Below are positions 51,613-62,250 of a stretch of 64,000 nt of DNA, in pieces; the stretch's first letter is position 1; every line of letters starts with the position of its first letter. The stretch covers positions 128,001 to 192,000 of the forward strand of contig CAWAUM010000013.1 in assembly GCA_963785235.1 (NCBI GenBank), read 5' to 3'. Below the pieces are notes generated by a model that was not told where the DNA came from, did not search any database, and was given only the letters and a program-made list of their open reading frames with translations. The stretch is from an uncultured delta proteobacterium (GTDB lineage: Bacteria; Desulfobacterota; Desulfomonilia; UBA1062). The position numbers and the translations under genes were made by a program.

Positions 51613-52350
51613 ATGATAAAAGAAGATCGCGAAAGCACACTGGTACTCATTAAGCCCGATGCCCTGAAAAATTCACTGACAGGGTATATCCTTTCCATGC
51701 TCTCGGAATTTCATACCGGGTTGCGTTTCGCTGGGACAAAGATCGTATCCGTCAGCACGCTGCTTGCCGAGGAACATTACGAAGAACACCGGGGAAAATT
51801 CTTCTACCCCTCTTTGCTTGAGTATATAACCGGGCGGCTCCATTATCCTGACGAACCGCTAAAGCGCAGGGTCATTGCCTTTGTCTACCAGGGTCCGGGC
51901 GCAATCAAAAAGATACGGGACATCGCAGGGCCCACAAACGCCCATGATGCACGCGTGCAGAAGCCCGGATGCATTCGCGCACTGGGCACTGTGGTGCCGG
52001 TGAAGGATGAGTCAGGCAAATTTATCGGCGACAGGGTGGACAATCTTATCCATGCCTCAGCCAATACCTCCGATGCAGAGCGCGAAATTAAATTATGGTT
52101 CAGGCCCACAGACATACCGCCATACATGCGCGACTATGCTACTGAGGTGTGCGACAAGCTTTATTATTACAAAGACAATGCCATTTCAGCAGACCATGTT
52201 GCGGGCAGTATCGGGTTCCTGGCGCCGGGCGACCTTGCATGGAAATCCGATCTTGATGCTATACAATGCCACCTGAAGGGCGAAAAAACCGAGTGTTCAG
52301 TAAAAACGGTGGTGGCAAAATACCTGATAAACATGGAGAGCATAGACTGA
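51613..52350 (+). CDS. ndk: Nucleoside-diphosphate kinase with C-terminal extension
   Basis: TLVLIKPDA, EEHY, GPTN, PGCIR, NLIHAS and AEREIKLWF motifs. Confidence 0.8.
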   Translation: MIKEDRESTLVLIKPDALKNSLTGYILSMLSEFHTGLRFAGTKIVSVSTLLAEEHYEEHRGKFFYPSLLEYITGRLHYPDEPLKRRVIAFVYQGPGAIKKIRDIAGPTNAHDARVQKPGCIRALGTVVPVKDESGKFIGDRVDNLIHASANTSDAEREIKLWFRPTDIPPYMRDYATEVCDKLYYYKDNAISADHVAGSIGFLAPGDLAWKSDLDAIQCHLKGEKTECSVKTVVAKYLINMESID

Positions 52351-52410
52351 CTAAGGCATCTGTGCTCCTGAGCCTGGCTGCATCCTGATTATCCATTGTC
52401 TGGAGGTGTA

Positions 52411-52992
52411 ATGAAGCGATTACGCGAACTGCTGCTCATGGATGATCACGTATGCCCGTGGTGGCTCGCCTACACCTTTGACAACCCCATCAGACGCATC
52501 CTCCACCCACCGGACAAGGTCCTTGGAGGCCTTGTCCACCAAGGCTTTACAGCACTCGACATCGGGTGCGGCATGGGCCACTTCACCATGGGCATGGCAA
52601 AAATGGTGGGAGATCAGGGCCTGGTCATTGCCGTAGATATCCAGGAGCAGATGCTGGAAAGGGTTAAGAGGCGCGCCATACATCAGGGGCTGTCAGGGCG
52701 GATCATCCTGCACAAGGGCTATGTGGAAGGTCTTGAGATGAAGGGCCAGGTGGACTTTGCCCTGGCGTTCTGGATGGTCCATGAGGTGCCTGACCAGCTG
52801 GCATTCTTCAAGGCCGTAAAAGACCTGCTCAAACCTGACGGGCGTTTCCTGGTGGCTGAGCCGAAAATCCATACGAGTGAAGCTGACTTGGACAGGTCAT
52901 TGAAGATAGCATCCCAGGCAGGACTGGCTGTCTGTGCCAACCCGGGCATTCCCATAAGCAGGACCGCATTACTCACCCATCAGGGGCAGTGA
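52411..52992 (+). CDS. Class I SAM-dependent methyltransferase
   Basis: HVCPWW, LDIGCGMG, AVDIQ, FWMVHEV and LKPDG motifs. Confidence 0.88.
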   Translation: MKRLRELLLMDDHVCPWWLAYTFDNPIRRILHPPDKVLGGLVHQGFTALDIGCGMGHFTMGMAKMVGDQGLVIAVDIQEQMLERVKRRAIHQGLSGRIILHKGYVEGLEMKGQVDFALAFWMVHEVPDQLAFFKAVKDLLKPDGRFLVAEPKIHTSEADLDRSLKIASQAGLAVCANPGIPISRTALLTHQGQ

Positions 52993-52993
52993 T

Positions 52994-53122
52994 ATGGCAG
53001 GAGAAAAGGTAACACACCGCCAGAAGGACATCTCAAGGCTCATCAAGGAACGAAGCAATATCTCCAAGGACAAGATCAAGCGGGACAAGGGGAAAGAGAA
53101 ACCCGGAAAAAGATTCAGATAG
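52994..53122 (+). CDS. Putative 42-aa highly basic small protein
   Basis: ATG 1 nt after the methyltransferase stop; MAGEKVTHRQKDISRLIKERSNISKDKIKRDKGKEKPGKRFR*. Confidence 0.45.
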   Translation: MAGEKVTHRQKDISRLIKERSNISKDKIKRDKGKEKPGKRFR

Positions 53123-53238
53123 ACTCCTGCATACCTCTTGAGAAAACCATGTAGGAGGTGTTCTCGGAGGTGTCGTCTACCGTATATTAAGATACTCGAA
53201 GGGATAATTTTAAAAGACGGCATCTGGGGGTAAACCCG

Positions 53239-54066
53239 TCATACCCCTATTGCACAGGCAACCTCATGACCGGTAAAGGGGCACTGAAATTCCAACACAC
53301 AGGCAACGAGCCTCATGGGTTTTCCATCTTTATTGCCTTTCCCGTAGCGGGAGTCACCCATGACAGGGTGTCCTATTGAAGCAAGGTGCCGGCGGATCTG
53401 GTGAAGCCTGCCGGTTTCGATCTCCACCAGGAGTGTTGATACGTTGGCGTTAGGATCGCGGGAGAGCACCGAGTATCTTGTCAAGGCAGACCTTTGGTCA
53501 AGGGGGGTGTCAATGTTCCCCTGGTCCGGTTCCAAGAGACCAAGGACCTCTGTTTGATAGCGCTTTGTTATTGCACGGCCCTGGAAGAGTTCTGAGAGTT
53601 TCCCTGCGGCCTGAGAGGTATGTGCAACCAGGACCAGCCCCTGGGCCTCCCGGTCGAGACGATGAACAGGATAGACATCCCTCCTTGGTGAAAACGACAA
53701 CTCTACCTGCCGCAGAAGCGAGCAGTGGTCACCATATTCCGTGCCCTGGGTGAGGAGGCCGGCCGGCTTGTCCCATATGCTGTAGTGCCTGAGGTCCATT
53801 AAACAGCGAGCCTGGGGCAGGTCAATGGAAAGGATGGCCTGGTCGTAATAGAGCTCGACAACATCTCCTTGTTTCAGAACGGATGTGGCCCTCCTCAAAC
53901 GTTCACGCCCCCTTCCCCTCCTGCAGATCCATGCTGCACCTTTGATCATGGCGTCCTTGATGCGCGCCTTCGGCAAGCCGGAGTGAAGGGCAAGAAATTC
54001 GCAGGCCCCAAAAGGATCTCCCGCGATAACTGTCTTATTTATTAGGATCTTACCTTGTGTATCCAT
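53239..54066 (-). CDS. RluA-family pseudouridine synthase
   Basis: DKPAGL, HRLD, TGRLHQIRRHL and HPVMGDSRYG motifs. Confidence 0.92.
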   Translation of the reverse strand: MDTQGKILINKTVIAGDPFGACEFLALHSGLPKARIKDAMIKGAAWICRRGRGRERLRRATSVLKQGDVVELYYDQAILSIDLPQARCLMDLRHYSIWDKPAGLLTQGTEYGDHCSLLRQVELSFSPRRDVYPVHRLDREAQGLVLVAHTSQAAGKLSELFQGRAITKRYQTEVLGLLEPDQGNIDTPLDQRSALTRYSVLSRDPNANVSTLLVEIETGRLHQIRRHLASIGHPVMGDSRYGKGNKDGKPMRLVACVLEFQCPFTGHEVACAIGV

Positions 54067-54128
54067 GGATATACTTTAAACTCAGCTTCTCTTAGGGAAC
54101 CTCATGCCGATGCGGTTTTCTCGTCTTT

Positions 54129-55925
54129 TCAGACTGTATCCATAAGGGCCTTGATCTCGTCGTGATCGATTTTTTCCTTCTCCAGAAGCAGCTGCGCGCC
54201 TTTGACCAGGGTATCCCTCCTGGCTTTGAGGATGCCCATGGCGACCTTGTACTGGGAGGAGATGATCCCCTGGATCTCGCTGTCTATGGCCTGGGCCGTG
54301 GATTCGCTGTAATCCCCGCGGTTCTCCATGCCGAAATCCATGAGCTGTGAGCGTCTGTCATGTGCCAGATAGACCTGGCCGAGCGATTCGCTCATGCCGT
54401 ATTGCTTGACCATGCTCTTGGCGATATCCGTGGCACGGGACAGGTCATTGTGGGCCCCTGTGGATATATCGCTGAAGATGATCTCCTCTGCGGCCCTGCC
54501 GCCAAGCAGTGATGCGATCTTGTTCTGGAGCTCAGTCTTGCTCATGAGGAACCTGTCCTCGGTGGGAACCTGCATGGTGTAACCCAGCGCGGCAATACCC
54601 CGGGGGATGATGGATATCTTCTGCACCGGATCGGTGCCGGGCAGGCTCATGGCGACAATGGCATGGCCCATCTCATGGTGCGCCACCACGTCCCTCTCAT
54701 GAGGATTGATGACCCGGTTCTTTTTCTCGAGCCCGCCGATGATACGTTCCACTGCCTCCTGAAACTCACTCATGCCCACGAGCTTCTTGTTCCGCCTGAC
54801 AGCGAGCAGTGCCGCCTCATTTGCGAGGTTTGCCAGGTCGGCGCCCACCATGCCGGGTGTCATGGCTGCAAGCTTCTCGATATCCACATCGGGTTCGGTT
54901 TTGACTGTGCGCAGGTGAACTTTGAGGATGTCCTCTCTCCCTTTTTTATCGGGGCGATCCACCAGGATATGGCGGTCGAACCTTCCCGGCCTTAGCAAAG
55001 CCGGGTCAAGGATCTCGGGCCGGTTGGTGGCTGCCATGAGGATGACACCCACCTTAGAGTCAAAGCCGTCCATCTCCACCAGGAGCTGGTTGAGGGTCTG
55101 CTCGCGCTCGTCATGACCTCCGGTCATGCCGCCGAAGCCCCGAGCCTTGCCCAGGGCATCGAGCTCATCGATGAAGATGATGCAGGGGGCCTTCTCCTTG
55201 GCCTGTACGAAGAGGTCTCTCACCCGGGCGGCGCCAAGCCCCACGAACATCTCTACAAAATCCGACCCGCTCATGCTGAAGAACGGCACACCGCTTTCCC
55301 CGGCCACGGCTTTTGCCAGCAGGGTCTTGCCGGTGCCCGGGGGCCCTACCAGCAGGATGCCCTTGGGGACCTTTCCTCCAAGCTCTCCGAACTTCGCAGG
55401 GTTCTTCAGGAAGTCGATGACCTCCACAAGCTCCTGCTCCGCCTCGTCCACACCGGCCACATCGGTGAATCTCACATTGAGCTCGTTTTCCATATAGATT
55501 TTGGCCTTGTTCTTGCCCAGCGACATGAAGCCCGGCTGCTGGCCCCCCATGCGTTTCATGAGGAAGTACCAGATTCCGATGAACAGAAATATGGGCAGTA
55601 CCCAGGAGATGATATCGCGGACAAAGGTGGATTCGATTTCACCTTTGAAGGTGACGTTATACTGCTCGAGTGTCTTGGAGAGCTCCTGGTCCACTCGTAC
55701 GGTTTTGAAATCTACGACCTTCCCGGCGGAATCCTTCATCTTGCCCTGGATCTTGTCCAGAGATACCGCGATCTCGGTGACCTTGCCTGTTTTGAGCAAC
55801 GTCATGAACTGGCTGTAGGGGATGGTCTTGGCGGCATACATGGATGCTATGTAGCTCTGGACTATGAGAACCACCCACACCCCTATCAGGATGTAAAAGA
55901 CAGAAAATTTATGCTTCTTCTCCAA
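54129..55925 (-). CDS. ftsH: ATP-dependent zinc metalloprotease FtsH
   Basis: Two TMs, [23 protein letters not shown] and HEMGH motifs. Confidence 0.96.
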   Translation of the reverse strand: MEKKHKFSVFYILIGVWVVLIVQSYIASMYAAKTIPYSQFMTLLKTGKVTEIAVSLDKIQGKMKDSAGKVVDFKTVRVDQELSKTLEQYNVTFKGEIESTFVRDIISWVLPIFLFIGIWYFLMKRMGGQQPGFMSLGKNKAKIYMENELNVRFTDVAGVDEAEQELVEVIDFLKNPAKFGELGGKVPKGILLVGPPGTGKTLLAKAVAGESGVPFFSMSGSDFVEMFVGLGAARVRDLFVQAKEKAPCIIFIDELDALGKARGFGGMTGGHDEREQTLNQLLVEMDGFDSKVGVILMAATNRPEILDPALLRPGRFDRHILVDRPDKKGREDILKVHLRTVKTEPDVDIEKLAAMTPGMVGADLANLANEAALLAVRRNKKLVGMSEFQEAVERIIGGLEKKNRVINPHERDVVAHHEMGHAIVAMSLPGTDPVQKISIIPRGIAALGYTMQVPTEDRFLMSKTELQNKIASLLGGRAAEEIIFSDISTGAHNDLSRATDIAKSMVKQYGMSESLGQVYLAHDRRSQLMDFGMENRGDYSESTAQAIDSEIQGIISSQYKVAMGILKARRDTLVKGAQLLLEKEKIDHDEIKALMDTV

Positions 55926-56146
55926 GTATTGTTTTCTCCTTCATGTATGGCTTTTGGTGTAGTCGCTATTACTATAGTAACTGCACTGCCATTGTACTTC
56001 AAGATGTTATGATCTGCAAACATTTGGGATAATGTGTCACTCCCTTTGGCAAGGGGGGGATAGAAGGTTTTTTAAACTAAAATCCATGGGTGAACCGCTC
56101 TCTACCTCGAATACATCTAATACCTATGATTCAGGAGGAATAAAAG

Positions 56147-57222
56147 ATGATCAAAAAAATCATGAAAGGATTGATAGCCATGCTGATTCTTATGCCGTTG
56201 TCTAGCGGTGTTTCGGCTGATACCAAATATGAAGTGGCCACCTTTGCCGGGGGATGTTTCTGGTGCATGGAGCATCCCTTTGACAAGCTCCCCGGGGTGA
56301 AAGAGGTTATATCGGGTTATACCGGGGGACATACAGTGAACCCCACCTATGAGGAGAACTCATCCGGAACAACCGGACACGCCGAGGCCATCCAGGTGAC
56401 CTATGACCCTGCGAAGATATCGTATGCGGAACCTGCTGGAGGTGTTCTGGCGGCAGATTGACCCCACCGATGCCGTCGGACAGTTTGTGGACAGGGGCAA
56501 CCAGTACCGCAGCGGCATCTTCTACCACAATGATGAGCAGAAGCGGCTTGCCCAGGAGTCCAGGGACCGGCTCGCAAAATCGGGCAGATTTACAAAACCC
56601 ATTATCACCGAGATCGTGAAGGCAGGCACATTCTATAAGGCGGAAGAATACCATCAGAATTACTACAAGAAAAACCCGGTGCGGTATAAGTACTACCGGT
56701 TCAACTCAGGCCGTGACAAGTTTCTTGACAAGGCCTGGGGGAAAGACAGAGAATATGCGCCAGGGAAGACCGGAACCGGTTCATTTACCAAGCCGAGCGC
56801 AGAGGTATTGAAAAAGAAGCTCACGCCCATGCAGTTCAAGGTAACCCAGAAAGAGGGAACGGAACCGGCCTTTGACAATGTGTACTGGAACAACAAACAC
56901 GATGGCATCTACGTGGACATCGTCTCCGGCGAGCCCCTGTTCAGCTCCAGGGATAAGTATGACTCGGGCACCGGCTGGCCCAGCTTCACCAGGCCGTTGG
57001 AGCCGGGAAATATCGTGGAAAAGCAGGACAAGAGCCTGTTCTCGGTAAGGACAGAGGTGAGGAGCAAAAATGCCGATTCCCACTTGGGCCACGTATTCGA
57101 TGACGGTCCTGCCCCTACGGGACTGCGCTATTGCATGAACTCGGCGGCCTTGCGGTTCATCCCCAAGGAGGACCTGCAAAAAGAAGGATACGGCTCGGTA
57201 CCTTAAACTGTTTGATAAATAA
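56147..57222 (+). CDS. msrAB: Exported bifunctional methionine sulfoxide reductase MsrA/MsrB; frameshifts near 56428 and 57195
   Basis: Signal peptide; [28 protein letters not shown] and RYCMNS motifs. Confidence 0.9.
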
Positions 57223-57237
57223 TTGGAGTAAAGGGCA

Positions 57238-57906
57238 ATGAAAAAAAAGCATGTTATTCTATTAGCCGTATCGTTGTTCATAATCCTTCTCGGCGCTGTC
57301 TTCATCTATGAGAGGGTCTATAATAGTGAACCTACTATTGATGAACTCAAGCTGCTCGCCAATCAGGGGGATATGGATGCACAGAATAGACTCGGGGCTG
57401 CTTACTTTAACGGCAAGGGCGTAGAGAAGAACATGGCAGAAGCCCAGAGATGGTTCAAACTCTCAGCCCAGAAAGGATATGCAAAGTCGCAATATAATCT
57501 TGGGGTAATGTATTATGCCGGACAAGGTGTGCCGCAAAGCCTCGCAGAGGCCCTAGATTGGTTCGGCAAGGCAGCCCTTCAGGGGTTTGCTGATGCTCAA
57601 TATAATCTTGGGGTGATGAATTATCAGGGTGCGGGCATAATGCAAAATTATCCGGAAGCCTTCAAGCTGTACAGCCAGGCAGCCCAAAAGGGACATGCCC
57701 TGGCACAGTATAATCTTGGATTGATGTATCTTGCCGGCAATGGCATACCCAAGGACCTGGTAAAGGCATATATGTGGCTTTCATTGGCAGCAGCACAGAA
57801 AGTTCCCGAAGCAGTAAAAAACCGGGATTATCTGGAAGCAAAAATGTCACCCAGCCAACTAGCAGAGGCCCGGAAACTGGCAAACGACTGGAAGCCTGTA
57901 AAATAG
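57238..57906 (+). CDS. Sel1-like repeat protein with N-terminal TM
   Basis: Repeated AQYNLG.MY..G.G units. Confidence 0.9.
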   Translation: MKKKHVILLAVSLFIILLGAVFIYERVYNSEPTIDELKLLANQGDMDAQNRLGAAYFNGKGVEKNMAEAQRWFKLSAQKGYAKSQYNLGVMYYAGQGVPQSLAEALDWFGKAALQGFADAQYNLGVMNYQGAGIMQNYPEAFKLYSQAAQKGHALAQYNLGLMYLAGNGIPKDLVKAYMWLSLAAAQKVPEAVKNRDYLEAKMSPSQLAEARKLANDWKPVK

Positions 57907-57989
57907 GTTCCCACTGCAAGAAAGCGAACACCACCTTATCTTTCTCATCTTTCCACTCATCTTGTTGAAATACACAGAATTTGTGATAT

Positions 57990-58439
57990 TCACTTTCCCC
58001 GGAGAACCGCCTGAATCAGGCCATCGAGATGCTGCAGGAAGCGGGAACGGTCTCGCTTTCCAAAAGGAGGGGGCCCGCAGGTATTGTTCCCCATCTCGCG
58101 CAGGTAAACTGACAGTTCTCTATTTGCAAGGGCATCGCCTATGGTTTCATTGGTTAAAACACGTCCCTTGGGGTCTATCACACGCGCTCCATTCTTCAGG
58201 CACCGCGATGCAAGGGGGATGTCAGCCGATACTGCGATATCGTTTTCATTGATATTCTCTGCAATCCAGTCGTCGGCAGCATCAAAATGGTCCTTGACAA
58301 CCACCATCTCGGCAAAAACGTCTTTCGGAATCTTTATGCTGGAGTTGGAGACAAGAAACACCTTGAACCCGTAACGTTTGGCAACCCGGAACACCTCATC
58401 CTTTACCGGGCATGCGTCGGCATCAACAAATATCTCCAT
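57990..58439 (-). CDS. YaiI/YqxD family protein
   Basis: IFVDADACPVK, AADDWI and ADIPLA motifs. Confidence 0.9.
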   Translation of the reverse strand: MEIFVDADACPVKDEVFRVAKRYGFKVFLVSNSSIKIPKDVFAEMVVVKDHFDAADDWIAENINENDIAVSADIPLASRCLKNGARVIDPKGRVLTNETIGDALANRELSVYLREMGNNTCGPPPFGKRDRSRFLQHLDGLIQAVLRGK

Positions 58440-58663
58440 CAGGAAGCGCCCTTGCCGCTGAGGTACAGATCTTCAACCTTCTTCCTGGCCCAGGGTGTTT
58501 TCCTTAAGAATATCAAACTGGACTTGATGCTTGGATTATTATGAAAACACCTGACACTGATAGTCCTTCCCAGCTCATCCCATCCGAAATGTTCAACCAG
58601 TTCGGTGAGAATCTTTTCAAGGGTCAGGCCGTGCAGAGGATTGTTTGGTTGTTGGTCAGCCAT
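58439..58663 (-). CDS. VF530-family (DUF2132) small protein
   Basis: NPLHGLTLE...[16 protein letters not shown] motif. Confidence 0.88.
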   Translation of the reverse strand: MADQQPNNPLHGLTLEKILTELVEHFGWDELGRTISVRCFHNNPSIKSSLIFLRKTPWARKKVEDLYLSGKGAS

Positions 58664-58704
58664 GTTTTATGCCTGATTGTCACTTTCTCAATCTTTCAAG
58701 ACCA

Positions 58705-58739
58705 TAGGTTGGGTTTCGTTTTCACTCAACCCAACCTAC
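58705..58739 (-). repeat. Single GTAG-type REP copy
   Basis: Minus strand GTAGGTTGGGTTGAGTGAAAACGAAACCCAACCTA; same family as 38319-38423; lies just after the typA stop. Confidence 0.78.
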
Positions 58740-58756
58740 AGTTACTTCTTGCCGCT

Positions 58757-60598
58757 CTAACCGGACGCCTTCTTCTTCGCCACGCTCATGCCATGGCGTT
58801 TTAACGCGGAGAGCTGGGTCTTGCGGAGCCTGACGGATTTGGGTGTCACCTCCACCATCTCGTCTTCCTTGATGAACTGCAGGGCCTTCTCCAGGGTCAT
58901 GGGCGTTATGGGCGAGAGCATGATATTGTCGTCGCGTCCTGCGGCCCTCATGTTGGTGAGCTTCTTCAGCTTGCAGGGGTTCACGTCGATGTCGTTCTCA
59001 CGGCTGTGCTCGCCCACGATCATGCCTTCGTAGATAGGGTCGCCCGGCACCACGATGAGCCTGCCCCTGGGCTCCAGGCCGCTTAAGGCATACGGTACGG
59101 CAACGCCCTTGCGGTCGGCCACGATGGACCCGGTGTAACGGCTCGCGAACTCGCCTCGGTGTTCTTCATAGCCCAGCAGGTACGAACTCATGATGCCCGT
59201 GCCCTTGGTGTCGGTGAGGAACTCGTCACGGTACCCTATGAGGCCCCGCGATGGTATATTGAACTCTATCCTCACCCGGCCGGCGCCGTGGCTTGTGTAG
59301 TTGATCATCCTGCCCTTGCGGATGGAGAGCTTCTGGGTGACAATGCCCAGATACTCCTCGCCGCAGTCGATATAGAGGTGCTCGATGGGCTCCAGCACCT
59401 TGCCATCCTTGTATTCGTTGATGACCTCGGGCCTGCTGACGCACATTTCGAAGCCCTCGCGCCGCATGGTCTCGATGAGGATGGCAAGCTGGAACTCGCC
59501 CCGGCCCTTGATGATGAAGCCGTCCCTGTCAGAGGGAACTTCAAGCTGGATGGACACGTTGCGGAGCGTCTCCTTGACGAGGCGCTCGTATATCCTGTTG
59601 GACTGCACATAGGCGCCCTCAGTGCCGGCCAGCGGTGAAGTGTTGGCAACAATACGCATGGACACGGTGGGCTCATCCACGATTATCCGTTTCAGTGCCT
59701 TGGGGGCCTCCTGGGTGCAGATGGTGTCACCGATCTTCACATTCTCGATGCCTGCCAGCACCACGATGTCTCCGGGTTGCGCAGTGGCGACATCACGGAT
59801 GCTTATCCCCTCATAGCTCTGGAGCTTGGTGACCTTGAGCGGGATCTGAACGCCTTCGGCATTGATGCACAGGAGCGCATCACTGGCGGTCGTATGCCCA
59901 TGGTGGATCTTGCCGATGGCAAGCCTGCCTACATAATCGGAATAGTCCAGGTCGGAGACCAGCATCTGGAAGGGTTCCGCCAGGTCGTATGACGGGGCCG
60001 GGATCTTGGAGAGGATGGTTTCGAAGAGGCACTTGAGGTCCACGGGGACATCATCCAAGGATTTCATGGCGATCCCGTCGCGGCCGATGGCATACAGGCA
60101 GGGGAAATTGATCTGCTCGTCATCGGCACCAAGGTCGATGAAGAGGTCGTATATCTCGTTCAAAACCTCTTCGGTCCGTGCGTCCTTGCGGTCGATCTTG
60201 TTGATCACAACGATCACCTTGAGGCCGGCCTCCAGGGTCTTTTTCAACACGAAACGGGTCTGCGGCAGGGGCCCTTCGGAGGCATCCACCAGGAGGATGG
60301 CGCCGTCCGCCATGGAGAGCGCCCGTTCCACCTCGCCCCCGAAGTCGGCATGGCCGGGGGTGTCGATGATGTTTATCTTCACACCGCCCCAGATCACGGA
60401 ACAGTTCTTGGCGGCGATGGTGATGCCGCGTTCGCGTTCCAGATCCATACTGTCCATAATCCTGGTCTCTACCTCCTGGCCATCACGGAATACACCGCTC
60501 TGACGGAACATGGCATCCACAAGGGTGGTCTTCCCATGGTCGACATGGGCAATGATGGCGACATTCCTGATCTTTTTATTCCTTGCGGGCTGATTCAT
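58757..60598 (-). CDS. typA: Translational GTPase TypA/BipA
   Basis: RNVAIIAHVDHGKTT, DTPGHADFGGEVER, NKID, GRGEFQL and KKLTNMRA motifs. Confidence 0.96.
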   Translation of the reverse strand: MNQPARNKKIRNVAIIAHVDHGKTTLVDAMFRQSGVFRDGQEVETRIMDSMDLERERGITIAAKNCSVIWGGVKINIIDTPGHADFGGEVERALSMADGAILLVDASEGPLPQTRFVLKKTLEAGLKVIVVINKIDRKDARTEEVLNEIYDLFIDLGADDEQINFPCLYAIGRDGIAMKSLDDVPVDLKCLFETILSKIPAPSYDLAEPFQMLVSDLDYSDYVGRLAIGKIHHGHTTASDALLCINAEGVQIPLKVTKLQSYEGISIRDVATAQPGDIVVLAGIENVKIGDTICTQEAPKALKRIIVDEPTVSMRIVANTSPLAGTEGAYVQSNRIYERLVKETLRNVSIQLEVPSDRDGFIIKGRGEFQLAILIETMRREGFEMCVSRPEVINEYKDGKVLEPIEHLYIDCGEEYLGIVTQKLSIRKGRMINYTSHGAGRVRIEFNIPSRGLIGYRDEFLTDTKGTGIMSSYLLGYEEHRGEFASRYTGSIVADRKGVAVPYALSGLEPRGRLIVVPGDPIYEGMIVGEHSRENDIDVNPCKLKKLTNMRAAGRDDNIMLSPITPMTLEKALQFIKEDEMVEVTPKSVRLRKTQLSALKRHGMSVAKKKASG

Positions 60599-60756
60599 GG
60601 TGATCCTTTCACTGCGTAAGGCGTGTTCTCAACAGCGCTCAGTGCCATATACCACGTGAAGCCCCTTGGCAACAGAATTCTTTTGTGAAAAAGGATATGG
60701 CAGTTGCTGTTTCTGATGCTTGGTGCTATACAATGCGTCCTGAATCGAGGCCTCCC

Positions 60757-61842
60757 ATGAAGATAGGGCTAGTAGGACTGAAGAAATCGGGCAAGACCAC
60801 CATATTCAATGCGCTCACACGCATGGATATCGCCATAGACCAGTACTCATCCGCCAAGGATGAGCCGAATGTGGCTGTGGTGCATGTGGCGGACCCCCGT
60901 ATCACGCGATTAAGCGATTTATACAAACCAAAAAAGACCACCCATGCAACCCTGGAGTGCATCGATTTCGGCGGGTTCCGCAGTGAAGGCGGCAGCGATA
61001 AAAAAGAGGTCTTCTCGGCCTCCGAGCTGGGCCTCATCAAAACCTCCGATGCCCTGGCCCTTGTGGTGAGGAACTTCCATGATGAGTATATCGACAACCT
61101 TCTGGGTGGGCCTGACCCTCTCTCGGAGATCACCGGCATCATCTCGGAGCTCATCCTGTCCGACCTCATCCTGGCGGAGACCAGGCTCGAGCGCATTGAC
61201 CACCAGATAAGCAGAGGCCAGAAGAATGCACCCCTGGAGCTGGAACAGGACGCACTCCGGAAGGTAAGGGACTTCCTCGACAAGGGAGACCTTAATGTGC
61301 CCCCCACCCTTTCCGCGGATGAAGAAAAGGTCCTGCGCGGCTTCAGGTTCCTCACACTGAAGCCCATGCTCGTCATACTCAACTCGGATGAAGACTCCTT
61401 CGGCCGAAATGCCGAGCTGCTTGGACGGATCTGGAAGGACTACCGCGGCATCGAGTTTGCCGGCAGATTCGAGATGGACCTCTCCCGGCTCGATGCCAAT
61501 GAGGCGGCCGAATTCATGGCGGATATGGGCATCAGCGCCTCTGCCAGAGACCGGCTCACCCTGGCTGCCTACGAGCTGCTGGGTTATATCTCGTTCTTCA
61601 CCGTGGGCGCAGACGAGGTGCGCGCCTGGACCATCCGCAAAGGTGACACCGCGGTGGATGCAGCCGCTGCAATCCATTCCGACCTGGCCAGGGGGTTCAT
61701 ACGGGCCGAATGCTTCACCTATGACGATATCATGGCCCATAGTTCCGAGAAGGCACTGAAGGATAAGGGGCTCATACGGCTCGAAGGCAAAACCTATCCG
61801 GTCAAAGACGGCGACATCCTGTCCATCAGGTTCAGTGTGTAA
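60757..61842 (+). CDS. ychF: YchF-family ATPase (divergent motifs)
   Basis: GLVGLKKSGKTT, DPRI, FLTLKP, FFTVG.DEVRAW, IHSDLARGFIRAE and EGKTYPVKDGD motifs. Confidence 0.82.
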   Translation: MKIGLVGLKKSGKTTIFNALTRMDIAIDQYSSAKDEPNVAVVHVADPRITRLSDLYKPKKTTHATLECIDFGGFRSEGGSDKKEVFSASELGLIKTSDALALVVRNFHDEYIDNLLGGPDPLSEITGIISELILSDLILAETRLERIDHQISRGQKNAPLELEQDALRKVRDFLDKGDLNVPPTLSADEEKVLRGFRFLTLKPMLVILNSDEDSFGRNAELLGRIWKDYRGIEFAGRFEMDLSRLDANEAAEFMADMGISASARDRLTLAAYELLGYISFFTVGADEVRAWTIRKGDTAVDAAAAIHSDLARGFIRAECFTYDDIMAHSSEKALKDKGLIRLEGKTYPVKDGDILSIRFSV

Positions 61843-61896
61843 CGATAAGGAATAGTCTTAGGTAATGCCCCTGTGTTTATCAGGTGATCTGTTTGA

Positions 61897-62030
61897 CCCG
61901 GATTTTGCATTCTAAGACTTGCAAAAACTTGATCCGTTCAAATCCTTTATCTTGCAGCCTTTGTGCAGTGCTGATTAATACGGTCCTAGAGGCTGCAAGA
62001 TAAAGGATTTGAACGGACCTGTTAAAAAAC
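61897..62030 (+). repeat. Second, diverged copy of the MITE-like hairpin element
   Basis: CCGGATTTTGC left end; perfect 28-bp arms at 61933-61960 and 61990-62017; right end degenerate, possibly near 62116. Confidence 0.75.
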
Positions 62031-62250
62031 AATTCCCTGGCATATCGGGTATATCCCCGGCAGCTTGCAGCGGGGATATCATATGCCTGATATTTTTCGC
62101 TTTGAAAAAAATCGGAAGTTCATTATATGAAGGTGTCTTTGGTACCAGAAGAGAAGATTTGCGGATGCTCCATCAGCCTTTAAATAAAAGAGGCTGTTGA
62201 GAAATACCGCAAGGCCGGTTGATCCTGCAGCACTTCAAAGGAGATTACCC

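Noticed and set aside
56040-56060. TCCCTTTGGCAAGGGGGGGA hairpin as another dispersed repeat
   Set aside because: Only one short, imperfect copy is visible in the window, which is not enough evidence.
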